Below the pieces are notes generated by a model. It had not been told where the DNA came from. It did not search any database and saw only the letters and a list, made by a program, of their open reading frames with translations. Made by a program: the position numbers and the translations under genes. From Candidatus Spongiisociaceae bacterium (GTDB taxonomy: Bacteria; Actinomycetota; Acidimicrobiia; Spongiisociales; Spongiisociaceae), in the NCBI GenBank assembly GCA_965202665.1, contig OZ241841.1:2464001-2528000 (forward strand): a stretch of 64,000 bases of DNA, read 5' to 3'. This document shows positions 17,988-27,298 of this stretch, piece by piece; positions within the stretch are counted from its first letter, which is position 1, and each line of letters starts with the position of its first letter.

Positions 17988-18806
17988 TCAGGAAACTTTG
18001 CTTCGTTGGCGGACGGCTTCGAATAGTAGAACTCCGGTTGCCATGGCGGCGTTTAGGGAATCCGCCTTTCCCGCCATGGGGATTCTGGCTTGGGGGTGGC
18101 CTTGGTTTAGCCAGGCGGGGGTCAGGCCCAGTTGTTCGGAGCCTATAACTATCGCCGTCGGGCCTGTCAGGTCGGATTCCCAGTGGGGGGCGGGGGCGTT
18201 GGGGCGGGCCAGCAACGGCGCTACTCCTCGGCAGCGCAGCCATTCCCGTGTTTCATCGGCGGGGGCGGTCGCCACCGGGACCGTGAACAGGGAGCCCACC
18301 GAGGAGCGCACTACGTTTGGGTTGAACAGGTCGGTGCGGGGGTCGGCGGCTATCACCGCGTGCGCCCCGGCGGCGTCGGCGGTGCGCAGCATCGTTCCCA
18401 GGTTGCCCGGTTTTTCAATGCCTTCCGCTACCAGAATCAGCATCGGCCCGGTTTGGTCCATCCGGTTCTCCAGGCCGTCCAAGCCGGCGGGGAAATGGGG
18501 GGCTACCGCCAGCAGGCCCTCCGGCCGGTCGCGGTAGGCGGCTTTGCGGAACGGCCCCTCGGCCAGATGAATCAACCGGGCCCCGGCTTCGGTCAGGCGT
18601 TTTATCAGGGCCGGCTCGTTCACTCCCAGAAACAGGTTTTCGCACACGTACAGTTCCGATATTTCCAGCCCCGCCCCGGCGGCTTTGGACAGTTCCCGAA
18701 ATCCCTCGATTATGAAAGCCCGCTCCCCGTCGCGGTGGCGGCGGGAGCGCAGACGCACCAGCCGTTTCACCTTGGGGTTGGCGGGGGAAATGATTACATC
18801 GGACAG
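17988..18806 (-). CDS. TrmH/SpoU-family RNA methyltransferase (start approximate)
   Basis: 'EKPGNLGTMLRTADA', 'IGSEQLG', 'IPMAGKADSLN'. Confidence 0.9.
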   Translation of the reverse strand: MSDVIISPANPKVKRLVRLRSRRHRDGERAFIIEGFRELSKAAGAGLEISELYVCENLFLGVNEPALIKRLTEAGARLIHLAEGPFRKAAYRDRPEGLLAVAPHFPAGLDGLENRMDQTGPMLILVAEGIEKPGNLGTMLRTADAAGAHAVIAADPRTDLFNPNVVRSSVGSLFTVPVATAPADETREWLRCRGVAPLLARPNAPAPHWESDLTGPTAIVIGSEQLGLTPAWLNQGHPQARIPMAGKADSLNAAMATGVLLFEAVRQRSKVS

Positions 18807-18820
18807 GGGCGCGCTCCGGG

Positions 18821-19645
18821 TCAAACGGGGGGCGGGGCTTGATCGAGGAGAACCGACTGGCTTACCCGGCCCACGTCCCCCCGTTGGTCGAACAGGAGCG
18901 AATCGGAGCCCCCCCGGCCGTTGGGGAAAAGGCGGCTGCGGGCGGCCAGGGCGATCCAGTCCCCCTCCGGCTCCCGCCAGAAAGTGACGGTCAGGTCGGG
19001 GTTGATGAAAATGTGCCGGTCGGGCCGGACCATCCAGCTGATGCCCTGGGCGCTGTCGGATATTCCCACCGCCCGTTGCGCCCCGGTCGGTTCCTCGCCC
19101 GCCACCAACGGGCACCGCCAGCGGAACCAGATGACGGCCGGGCCGGGGGAGTCGGTGGCGCCGTCGGCCAGGCGCCGTTCGCAGGACAGTCCGTAGAAGT
19201 GGGGGTAGCCCACTATTCCCTCGAACAGGTCCGATTCGGGAGGGGAGGCGCCGGGGCCGGGGGGAGGCGGGTAGGCGGTGGCGTCCAGGCCGGACAGCGG
19301 GAGATGTTCGGCCAGCGTCCGGATTCCCCAGGCGCGGGCCCAGGCCAGCGGTTGGCCGTGCTGGTCGACGGCTTCGACGGAGGTCATCTGCACCCGCCGC
19401 CCGGGACGGGAAACTTCGGTTTTCACCCGCAACGGGGCCAGGGGAACCGGTCCCGGCAGTTCCACCGACAGGCGGGACAGGGACATCCCCTCCGGCAAGG
19501 TTTTTTCCACGGCCCGGGCGATGAGGGCCGCCACCGGCCCCCCGTGCTGCGCCCGTTCCGACCAGGGGCTGGCCGTGTGCGGGGCGGGGATGAACCAGGC
19601 CCCGTCCCGCCGGTACAGCGGTTCCACCGGGCCGATGTCGCTCAT
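18821..19645 (-). CDS. TesB-like acyl-CoA thioesterase
   Basis: 'SPW...QHGGPVAAL', 'FINPDLTV'; ATGA coupling with upstream gene. Confidence 0.8.
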   Translation of the reverse strand: MSDIGPVEPLYRRDGAWFIPAPHTASPWSERAQHGGPVAALIARAVEKTLPEGMSLSRLSVELPGPVPLAPLRVKTEVSRPGRRVQMTSVEAVDQHGQPLAWARAWGIRTLAEHLPLSGLDATAYPPPPGPGASPPESDLFEGIVGYPHFYGLSCERRLADGATDSPGPAVIWFRWRCPLVAGEEPTGAQRAVGISDSAQGISWMVRPDRHIFINPDLTVTFWREPEGDWIALAARSRLFPNGRGGSDSLLFDQRGDVGRVSQSVLLDQAPPPV

Positions 19646-20229
19646 GGGCTTATGGTAGGCACGGGGGCGGGGGCCGGTTGCGGGCGTTTGGGCCGGTCGG
19701 CGGGGGCGGGGAAGCCCACGGTCACCACCCCGATGGGCCGGAAGTCGGCGGGGAGCCGCAGCAGGCCGCCCAAGCCGGGGACGGCGTGGGCCCCCAGGAA
19801 ACCGGCCGCCAAACCTTCGTCGACCGCCGCCAGCAACAGGTTCTGCAGGGCGGCTCCGATGTCCACCCACCAGAAAGGGACGGGCCATTCCCCCTCCGCC
19901 AAACCGGCCAAAAGCGACTCGGACTTGTCCGGGAGCCGGTAGCGGTTCACATAGGCGGCGGGGGAGACGCAGGGGATGATGTGCGCCGGGGCCCGGCTCA
20001 GCCACGGCTGGTAGCCTTTTTCCACGTAGCCGTCCTCCCCGGCCCGGCGGGCGATTTCCCGGCGCAGGCCGGGGTCGGTTACCACCTCCAGCCGCCGCCC
20101 TCCGGTTCCCCCGGCGGCGGGGGCCCGTTCGCCCGCCTCGGCGATCCGCCGCACCGCCCGGAGGTCCACCGGGGCGTCCCGGTAGCGGCGCACCATCCGC
20201 CGCCGGGACAGAACCTGGTGGAACTCCAT
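19642..20229 (-). CDS. Nitroreductase family protein
   Basis: 'RRRMVRRY', 'DIGAALQNLLLAAVDEGL'. Confidence 0.85.
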   Translation of the reverse strand: MEFHQVLSRRRMVRRYRDAPVDLRAVRRIAEAGERAPAAGGTGGRRLEVVTDPGLRREIARRAGEDGYVEKGYQPWLSRAPAHIIPCVSPAAYVNRYRLPDKSESLLAGLAEGEWPVPFWWVDIGAALQNLLLAAVDEGLAAGFLGAHAVPGLGGLLRLPADFRPIGVVTVGFPAPADRPKRPQPAPAPVPTISP

Positions 20230-20236
20230 CCGGCGG

Positions 20237-21604
20237 TCAGGCCTCCCGCACCGCGGCCGCCAGTTCCTCCAGACCCGCTTTGGCGTCGGCGAACAGCATC
20301 AAAGTGCTGTCCCGGTAGAAAAGGGGGTTGTCGATGCCGGCGAAGCCGGGGGAGAGGCTCCGTTTTATAACTATGGCGGCGGCCGCCCGGTCCACTTCCA
20401 GGATCGGCATCCCGAAGATGGGGGAGCCGGGGTCGTCGCGGGCGGACGGGTTCACCACGTCGTTGGCCCCCACCACCAAGGCCACGTCGGTGGCGGAAAA
20501 GTCGGGGTTGATTTCATCCAGGTCCAGCAGCGCCTCGTAGGGCACGTCCGCTTCGGCCAGCAACACGTTCATGTGGCCGGGCATGCGCCCCGCCACCGGA
20601 TGGATGGCGTAACGGACCCGCACCCCCCGTTCCCCCAGCCGGTCGGCCAACTCCCGCACCGCGTGCTGGGCTTGGGCCACCGCCAAACCGTATCCGGGCA
20701 CCAGGATCACCGACCGGGCGTAGGCCAAAGTGATGGCCGTGTCCTCGATTCCCGCCCGGCGCACCGGTTGCCCGCCCGCCGCCGCCGGTTGTCCGCCCTC
20801 CGACCCGAAGGCCCCGAACAGCACGTTGCCCAGCGACCGGTTCATGGCCCGCGACATTATGTTGGTCAGCACCAGCCCGGAGGCCCCCACCAGGGCCCCG
20901 GCGATTATCAGGGCCACCGAATCGATGACGAAACCGGCCGCGGCCGCCGCCAGCCCGGACAGGGAATTCAGGAAGGCCACGATCACCGGCATGTCCGCCC
21001 CGCCGATGGGCAGGGTGCGGGAAACCCCCAGCAAGCCGGCCAGCCCGACCGTCGCCCACAGGGCCGCCGCCCCGCCGCCCGCCACCGCCCAGGCCGCCGC
21101 CGCAACCAAGCACGCCCCCAAAACTATCTCCCCGGCCACCTGTCCCCACAGCAGGAGGGGGCGGCCGGTCACCAGGCCCGCCAGTTTGCCGAAAGCGATG
21201 AAACTGCCGGTGAAAGTGGCCACCCCGATCACCACCGAAAACGCAACCGTGACGCCCGTTTCCGCCGACAGGGGGGAGTTTTCCAAGAATTCGGCCGTGG
21301 CCACCAGGGCCGACGCCCCGCCCCCGAAGCCGTTGAAAGCGGCCACCAGCTGCGGCATCCCGGTCATCGCCACCCGGCGGGCCAGAACCGCCCCCGCCCC
21401 GGCCCCGACCGTCAGCCCGGCGCTCAGCGCCCACCAGCTGACCGCCCCCGACTCCGCCAACGTGACGATCACCGCTATCAGCATTCCCAGCGCGGACAGT
21501 TGGTTGCCGGAGCGGGCGGTGTGCGGCCCGCCCAGGCGTTTCAGGCCGACGATGAACAGGCAGGCGGCCAGCAGGTAGAAGACGGCGGCCAGTTGCGGGT
21601 TCAT
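20237..21604 (-). CDS. pntB: NAD(P) transhydrogenase beta subunit
   Basis: 'PGYGLAVAQAQ', 'HPVAGRMPGHMNVLLAEA', 'GANDVVNP'. Confidence 0.97.
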   Translation of the reverse strand: MNPQLAAVFYLLAACLFIVGLKRLGGPHTARSGNQLSALGMLIAVIVTLAESGAVSWWALSAGLTVGAGAGAVLARRVAMTGMPQLVAAFNGFGGGASALVATAEFLENSPLSAETGVTVAFSVVIGVATFTGSFIAFGKLAGLVTGRPLLLWGQVAGEIVLGACLVAAAAWAVAGGGAAALWATVGLAGLLGVSRTLPIGGADMPVIVAFLNSLSGLAAAAAGFVIDSVALIIAGALVGASGLVLTNIMSRAMNRSLGNVLFGAFGSEGGQPAAAGGQPVRRAGIEDTAITLAYARSVILVPGYGLAVAQAQHAVRELADRLGERGVRVRYAIHPVAGRMPGHMNVLLAEADVPYEALLDLDEINPDFSATDVALVVGANDVVNPSARDDPGSPIFGMPILEVDRAAAAIVIKRSLSPGFAGIDNPLFYRDSTLMLFADAKAGLEELAAAVREA

Positions 21605-21918
21605 CAGCGTTCGTCGGGCGGGGGGTCGTCGGGCGGAGGGTCGTCGGGGCGGCGGCGGAACATTTCCAGCATCCGGTCGGTGACCAAAAATCCGCCCACC
21701 ACGTTTACGGTGGCGAAAGCCACCGCCAGGAACCCCAAAACGGCCGCCGCCGTTCCGCTCCGCCCGGCCACCGCCAGCGCCCCCACCAGGGTGATGCCGG
21801 AAATGGCGTTGGAGCCGGACATCAACGGGGTGTGCAACTGCGGGGGAACTTTGGTGATCACCTCGAACCCGACGAAGGCGGCCAGCGCGAACACGGTGAG
21901 CCCCGCCGCCAAAGTCAT
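21604..21918 (-). CDS. pntA: NAD(P) transhydrogenase alpha subunit part 2
   Basis: 'LHTPLMSGSNAISG', 'NVVGGFLVTDRMLEMF'. Confidence 0.95.
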   Translation of the reverse strand: MTLAAGLTVFALAAFVGFEVITKVPPQLHTPLMSGSNAISGITLVGALAVAGRSGTAAAVLGFLAVAFATVNVVGGFLVTDRMLEMFRRRPDDPPPDDPPPDER

Positions 21919-23033
21919 TGCCCGCCCCCCAGTTGTTCCAACACCGCCGGATGAACCACTTCCCCGTCTTTGGCCAGGGTGACCCCGGCGACGATCGGGT
22001 CGTCCGGGCCGGGGGCGGGATCCGCGGTCAGGTATTTCACCAGTTCGTAGGCGTTGCGGGCGTAGAGGCGGGAAGAGTCGGTGGCCATGCGGGACTCTAT
22101 GAAAAGGGGGCCGGAAACCGTCACCCCGTTCACCGTCTTCGTCCGCCCCGCCTCGGTTTCTCGGCAGTTGCCGCCCCGGGACGCCGCCCCGTCCACTATC
22201 ACCGACCCGGGGGCCATGCCGCGCACCGCCTCGGCCGCCACCAGCAGGGGGGCGGGGCGCCCGGGAACGGCGGCGGTGGTGATGACCGCGTCCGCCTCCG
22301 ACAGATGGGGGACGAGGGCCTCCCGGAGGCGGTGCGACTCGTCTTCGCTCATCGTCCGGGCGTAGCCCCCGGCAGCGGACCCGTCCGGCGGGGCGGCCGC
22401 CGCCTCTATGAAATCCGCCCCCAAACTTTTCACGTCCTCCGCCGCCTCCTCCCGCACGTCGAAGGCCCGCACCACCGCCCCCAGCCGGCGGGCGGTGGAA
22501 ATGGCGGACAGCCCCGCCACTCCGCATCCCAGCACCACCGCTTTGGCCGGGCGCAGGGTGCCCGCCGGGGTGACCATCATGGCGAACACCCGGGGCAGGA
22601 GGGCGGCCGCCTCCAAAGCCAACTGGTAGCCGGCCAGCGAAGCCTGGGAGGTGAGGGCGTCCATGGACTGGGCGCGGGTGGTGCGGGGCAGGGTTTCAAA
22701 AGCCAGGGCGGTCACGCCGCATTCGGCCAAAACCCGAATGGACGGCGGGTCGTCCAGCGGGGCCAGCAAACCGATCAGCAGGGAACCGGGGCGCAGGCTT
22801 TTCCGCTGTCCGGGATCGGGGGGATGCACCGCTATCACCGCCTCCGCCTCCCGCGCTTCCCCCACTTCGCATCCCGCTTCCCGGTAGGCGTCGTCGTCGA
22901 AACCGGCCGCTTGGCCCGCCCCCGGTTCCACCATCACTTGGTGGCCGTCGGCCAGGTAGCGGCGGACGATGTCGGGGGTGATCCCCACCCGCTTTTCTTC
23001 GGGGAGGGGGCTGCGGAGCGCGCCGACCAGCAC
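21915..23033 (-). CDS. pntA: NAD(P) transhydrogenase alpha subunit part 1
   Basis: 'PRTTRAQSMDALTSQ', 'GCGVAGL', 'GGNC'. Confidence 0.95.
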   Translation of the reverse strand: MLVGALRSPLPEEKRVGITPDIVRRYLADGHQVMVEPGAGQAAGFDDDAYREAGCEVGEAREAEAVIAVHPPDPGQRKSLRPGSLLIGLLAPLDDPPSIRVLAECGVTALAFETLPRTTRAQSMDALTSQASLAGYQLALEAAALLPRVFAMMVTPAGTLRPAKAVVLGCGVAGLSAISTARRLGAVVRAFDVREEAAEDVKSLGADFIEAAAAPPDGSAAGGYARTMSEDESHRLREALVPHLSEADAVITTAAVPGRPAPLLVAAEAVRGMAPGSVIVDGAASRGGNCRETEAGRTKTVNGVTVSGPLFIESRMATDSSRLYARNAYELVKYLTADPAPGPDDPIVAGVTLAKDGEVVHPAVLEQLGGGQ

Positions 23034-23036
23034 CGC

Positions 23037-24104
23037 TCAGGCCTCCGCCGCCAGGGAGGCTATCCGGTCCCCGATCTGGCCGGTGGAAGCCCCCATCTCC
23101 GGGCCGCCCATCGCCCCCAGGGTAGGCAGGACGGCCGCCGCCGCCGCCTCCAAAGCGCGGGCCGCCGCCTCTTCGCCCAGGTGGTCCAGGCACAAGGCGG
23201 CCGACAGCACCGCCGCCACCGGGTTGGCCCAGCCCCGCCCGGCGATGTCGGGGGCGGAGCCGTGCACCGGTTCGAACATGGAAGGGAAGACCCCGTCCGG
23301 GTTGAGGTTGCCGGAGGCGGCCAGGCCCATTCCGCCCTGCACCGCGGCGCCGATGTCGGTGACTATGTCGCCGAACAGGTTGTCGGTCACCACCACGTCG
23401 AACCGTTCCGGGCAGGTGATCATGTACAGGCACATGGCGTCCACGTGTTCGTAGTCGGTTTCCACCGACGGGTAACGAAGCGCTACCTCGTCCACCGTTC
23501 TCTGCCACAGGTCCCCGGCGTGGGTGAGGACGTTCGTCTTATGGCACAGGGTGAGGCGCCCGCGCCGGGCCGCCGCCCGCCGGAAGGCGAAATCCACCAC
23601 CCGTTCCACTCCGAACCGGGTGTTGAGCGACTCCTGGGTGGCCACCTCGGCCGGGGTGCCCCGGCGCAGCGAGCCGCCGGTGCCGGCGTAGGGGCCTTCG
23701 GTGTTTTCCCGCACCACCAGCAGGTCGCACCGCTCCGGGGTGAGGCCGGCGATGGGGGAGGGAACCCCGGCCAGCAACCGCACCGGGCGCAGGTTGACGT
23801 ATTGGTCGAATTGGAAGCGCAGGCGCAACAGCAAACCCCGCTCCAGCACCCCCGGCGGCACTTCGGGGACGCCCACCGCCCCCAGCAGGATGGCGTCGAA
23901 GCCGGCCAGTTCCTCTTGCACCGAATCGGGCAGAATCTCCCCGGTGGCCAGGTAGCGCCCGCCTCCCAAATCGTAGGATTCGGTTTCCACCGCGAAGCCG
24001 AAGCGCCCGCCCGCGGCCCGCACCGCTTTCAAAGCCTGGGCGGTCACCTCCGGACCCACCCCGTCCCCGCCGATCACCGCCAAGCGGTGGCGCCGCTCAG
24101 TCAT
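23037..24104 (-). CDS. leuB: 3-isopropylmalate dehydrogenase
   Basis: 'GDGVGPEV', 'VRENTEG', 'DNLFGDI', '[12 protein letters not shown]'. Confidence 0.95.
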   Translation of the reverse strand: MTERRHRLAVIGGDGVGPEVTAQALKAVRAAGGRFGFAVETESYDLGGGRYLATGEILPDSVQEELAGFDAILLGAVGVPEVPPGVLERGLLLRLRFQFDQYVNLRPVRLLAGVPSPIAGLTPERCDLLVVRENTEGPYAGTGGSLRRGTPAEVATQESLNTRFGVERVVDFAFRRAAARRGRLTLCHKTNVLTHAGDLWQRTVDEVALRYPSVETDYEHVDAMCLYMITCPERFDVVVTDNLFGDIVTDIGAAVQGGMGLAASGNLNPDGVFPSMFEPVHGSAPDIAGRGWANPVAAVLSAALCLDHLGEEAAARALEAAAAAVLPTLGAMGGPEMGASTGQIGDRIASLAAEA

Positions 24105-25620
24105 CCGTTGCGCCGGCGGCGGCCGCGGTGTTGAGGGCCTCCAGAAAGGCGTGGCCGGAACCTTCCACCACATCGGTGGAAACCGCCCGCCCGGAGAAAG
24201 AGTCGCCCCCCACCCGGATGACGACGCTCACTTCGGCCATGGCGTCCGCCCCGGCGGTGACCGGGACCACCCGGTAGTCCAGCAGGCGGGGCTGGAAGTC
24301 GAAAGCCCGGACCAGGGCGGAAAACACGGCGTTCACCATCCCGTTGCCGGTTCCCTCCAAAGTCATCGTCTCCCCGTTGCGTATCACCCGTACCGCGGCC
24401 GACGGGTCGGCGTCGGTGCCCCCGCTCACCCGCAGCCATTCCAGCCGCACCGTCTCCGCCACCTCCCGCACCTCCATGTTGATGATGGCCCGCAGTTCCC
24501 GTTCGTTGATTTCGATCTTGCGGTCGGCCATCTCTTTCACCTTCTGGAAGGCGGCCTCGAACTGGTCCTGTTCCAAAGAGACGTCCATTTTGGACAGGGC
24601 GTCGGCGAACCCGGCCCGGCCGGAATGCTTGCCCAGCACGATCTGGCTTTCCGCCCCCACCGATTTGGGATCCATGATCTCGTAGGTTTCCCGGTCCCGC
24701 AGCACCCCGTGCTGGTGGATGCCCGATTCGTGGGCGAAGGCGTTGCGCCCCACCACCGCCTTGTTGAAGGGCACCATGTAACCGGTAAGCCGGGACACCA
24801 GGCGGCTGGTGGGCACGATCTCCTCGGTGTTGGCCCCCACTTCCACCCCGAAATGGTCTGCCCGGGTTTTGACGGCCATGATCACCTCTTCGGTGGAAGT
24901 GTTGCCCGCCCGTTCCCCGATGCCGTTGATGGCCCCTTCGATCTGGCGGGCCCCGGCGTGGATGGCGGACAGGGAGTTGGCCACCGCCAAACCCAGGTCG
25001 TTGTGGCAGTGGGTGGAGACGATCACATCGTCCCGCCCGCCGGTCACCTCCTCGTACACCCGGCGCAGCAGATGCACGTAGTCCTCGGGGGTGGCGAAGC
25101 CGACCGTGTCCGGGATGTTGATGGTGGTCGCCCCCTGTTCCACCGCCGCCCGGCAGCAGGCGATCATGAAATCCGGGTCGGAGCGGGTGGCGTCCTGGGG
25201 GGAAAATTCCACATCGTCCACGTAGCGGCGGGCCCGGGCCACCGCCTCCACCACCGAACGGAGCACCTCGTCCGGGGTCATCCGCAACATTCGCTCCATG
25301 TGGATGGGGGAGGTGCTTTGGAAGACGTGGATGCGGCGGCGGGCGGCGGGCCGCACCGCCTCGTGGGCTTGGTCGATGTCGTCCGGCGCGCACCGGGCCA
25401 GGGAGGCGATCACCGGGCCCTCCACCAGGCGGGCGATCTGCTGCACGCCGAAAAAGTCGCCTTTGGAGGCGGCGGCGAACCCGGCTTCGATCACGTCCAC
25501 CCGCAGTTTGGCCAGCTGGCGGGCGATGGCCAGCTTCTCGTCGGGGGTGAGGGCGATGCCGGGGGCCTGCTCGCCGTCGCGCAGGGTGGTGTCAAAGATG
25601 ATAAGTTGGTCTTGCGGCAT
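24097..25620 (-). CDS. leuA: 2-isopropylmalate synthase
   Basis: '[10 protein letters not shown]', 'HCHNDLG', 'GIGERAGN', 'HESGIHQ'. Confidence 0.97.
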   Translation of the reverse strand: MPQDQLIIFDTTLRDGEQAPGIALTPDEKLAIARQLAKLRVDVIEAGFAAASKGDFFGVQQIARLVEGPVIASLARCAPDDIDQAHEAVRPAARRRIHVFQSTSPIHMERMLRMTPDEVLRSVVEAVARARRYVDDVEFSPQDATRSDPDFMIACCRAAVEQGATTINIPDTVGFATPEDYVHLLRRVYEEVTGGRDDVIVSTHCHNDLGLAVANSLSAIHAGARQIEGAINGIGERAGNTSTEEVIMAVKTRADHFGVEVGANTEEIVPTSRLVSRLTGYMVPFNKAVVGRNAFAHESGIHQHGVLRDRETYEIMDPKSVGAESQIVLGKHSGRAGFADALSKMDVSLEQDQFEAAFQKVKEMADRKIEINERELRAIINMEVREVAETVRLEWLRVSGGTDADPSAAVRVIRNGETMTLEGTGNGMVNAVFSALVRAFDFQPRLLDYRVVPVTAGADAMAEVSVVIRVGGDSFSGRAVSTDVVEGSGHAFLEALNTAAAAGATDD

Positions 25621-25664
25621 GGGGTTTCTCCGATTTGCTAGGGAGGTTACGGGCGGTTGGCGGC

Positions 25665-25694
25665 GCCTCCACGGCCGTCACCGGCCATGGAGGC
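25665..25694 (-). promoter_or_regulatory. 13-bp hairpin in leuA leader (possible attenuation element)
   Basis: gcctccatggccg-GTGA-cggccgtggaggc; loop contains the stop of a short Leu-containing ORF. Confidence 0.45.
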
Positions 25695-25754
25695 TGGTAA
25701 GTCCCAGGTTCTCCCGTAGGCGTTCGGCGCGGGCGGTCATAGCGGTCATGCCCG

Positions 25755-26759
25755 TCAAGCGGGGGTTTTGGGGTCCAAAAAGGGCATCAGGTTGCGCAAG
25801 CGGGCCCCCACCTGTTCGATCTCCGAGTTGCGTTCCGCGGTCCGGCGGGCCAGCAGGTTGGCCGCCCCGGAACGGGCCTCCTCCATCCACGCTTTGGCGA
25901 AGGAGCCGTCCTTTATTTCGGCCAGCACCTTTTTCATTTCCCGCCGGGTGTCGGCGGTGATGATCCGCCCCCCGATGCTGTAGTCGCCCCATTCGGCGGT
26001 GTCCGACACCGAATAGCGCATCCAGCTCAAGCCCCCCTCGTAGAGCAGGTCCACGATCAGTTTCAACTCGTGCAAGGTCTCAAAGTAGGCCGACTCCGGC
26101 TGGTAGCCGGCTTCGGTCAACGTCTGGTAGGAGGCTTTGATCAGCTCCGACAGGCCGCCGCACAGGATCACCTGCTCCCCGAACAGGTCGGTTTCGGTTT
26201 CTTCGGCGAAAGTGGTTTCCAGCACCCCGGCCCGGGTGCCGCCGATCCCCCACGCGTAGGACAGGCCCAGGCGGGCGGCGGAGCCGGTGGCGTCCTGATG
26301 GACGGCCAGCAGGCACGGCACCCCGGAGCCCTCCGTGTAGGTGCGGCGAACCAGATGGCCGGGGCCTTTGGGGGCCACCATCAGCACGTCCAAGCCGGGG
26401 GCGGGGGACACCTCCCCGAAGCGGATGTTGAAACCGTGGGCGAACAGCAAGGCGTCGCCTTCCCGCATGCGGTCGGCGATGCGGGAGCGGTAGAGGTCGG
26501 CGGCGTGCTGGTCGGGCACCAGCATCATCACCGCGTCGGCCCAGTCGGCCGCCTCGGCCGGGTCGGCCACCGCCAGGCCCTCCTCCCGGGCCGCCTCCCG
26601 GCTGCGGGAGCCCTCTCGCAAACCCACCGTCACCTCCACCCCCGACTCGCGCAGGTTGAGGGCGTGGGCGTGCCCCTGGCTGCCGTAGCCGATGACCGCC
26701 ACCCGGCGGCCGCTCACAATCGACGGGTCGGCGTCCTGGTCGTAAAAAATGGCGGCCAT
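25755..26759 (-). CDS. ilvC: Ketol-acid reductoisomerase
   Basis: 'IGYGSQGHAHALNL', 'APKGPGH', 'ETETDLFGEQ'. Confidence 0.97.
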   Translation of the reverse strand: MAAIFYDQDADPSIVSGRRVAVIGYGSQGHAHALNLRESGVEVTVGLREGSRSREAAREEGLAVADPAEAADWADAVMMLVPDQHAADLYRSRIADRMREGDALLFAHGFNIRFGEVSPAPGLDVLMVAPKGPGHLVRRTYTEGSGVPCLLAVHQDATGSAARLGLSYAWGIGGTRAGVLETTFAEETETDLFGEQVILCGGLSELIKASYQTLTEAGYQPESAYFETLHELKLIVDLLYEGGLSWMRYSVSDTAEWGDYSIGGRIITADTRREMKKVLAEIKDGSFAKAWMEEARSGAANLLARRTAERNSEIEQVGARLRNLMPFLDPKTPA

Positions 26760-26788
26760 CGCTTATCCTCCCGTCCCGGTCCCGGCGT

Positions 26789-27298
26789 TCATCCGGCCAC
26801 CGCTTTCAGTTTGCGCCCCTTCGGTTCGCGGGCCATGGCGATCCTGCCCGATTTGACCATTTCCTGCAGGCCGAACGGGCGGAGCAGATCCACGAAGTCG
26901 TTTATTTTGGAGGGCACGCCCAGCACCTGGAAGGTAATGGAATGGGCCGACACGTCCACGGCGGTGGCGTGGAAAATGTTGGCCAAGGCCATTATTTCGG
27001 CCCGCCGCCCCGGTTCGGCTTTCACCCGCACCAGCATCAGTTCCCGCTCCAAGGTGGTGGCAGGGTCCATCTCGGTGATTTTCACCACGTTGATCAGCTT
27101 GTGCAGTTGCTTTTTCACCTGCTCCAGTTCGGGGGTGTTGACCACCACCGTCATTTTGGACATTCCCGGCTCGGCGGTGGGGCCCACCGCCAGCGAATGG
27201 ATGTTGAACCCGCGCCGGGCCAGCAAGGAGGCCACCCGGGCCAGCACGCCCGGCTTGTTTTCCACCAGCACGCTCAGCACCTGATGGCGTTGCTCCAT
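26789..27298 (-). CDS. ilvN: Acetolactate synthase small subunit
   Basis: 'LSVLVENKPGVLARV...RRGFNI.SL', 'KQLHKLINV'. Confidence 0.95.
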   Translation of the reverse strand: MEQRHQVLSVLVENKPGVLARVASLLARRGFNIHSLAVGPTAEPGMSKMTVVVNTPELEQVKKQLHKLINVVKITEMDPATTLERELMLVRVKAEPGRRAEIMALANIFHATAVDVSAHSITFQVLGVPSKINDFVDLLRPFGLQEMVKSGRIAMAREPKGRKLKAVAG

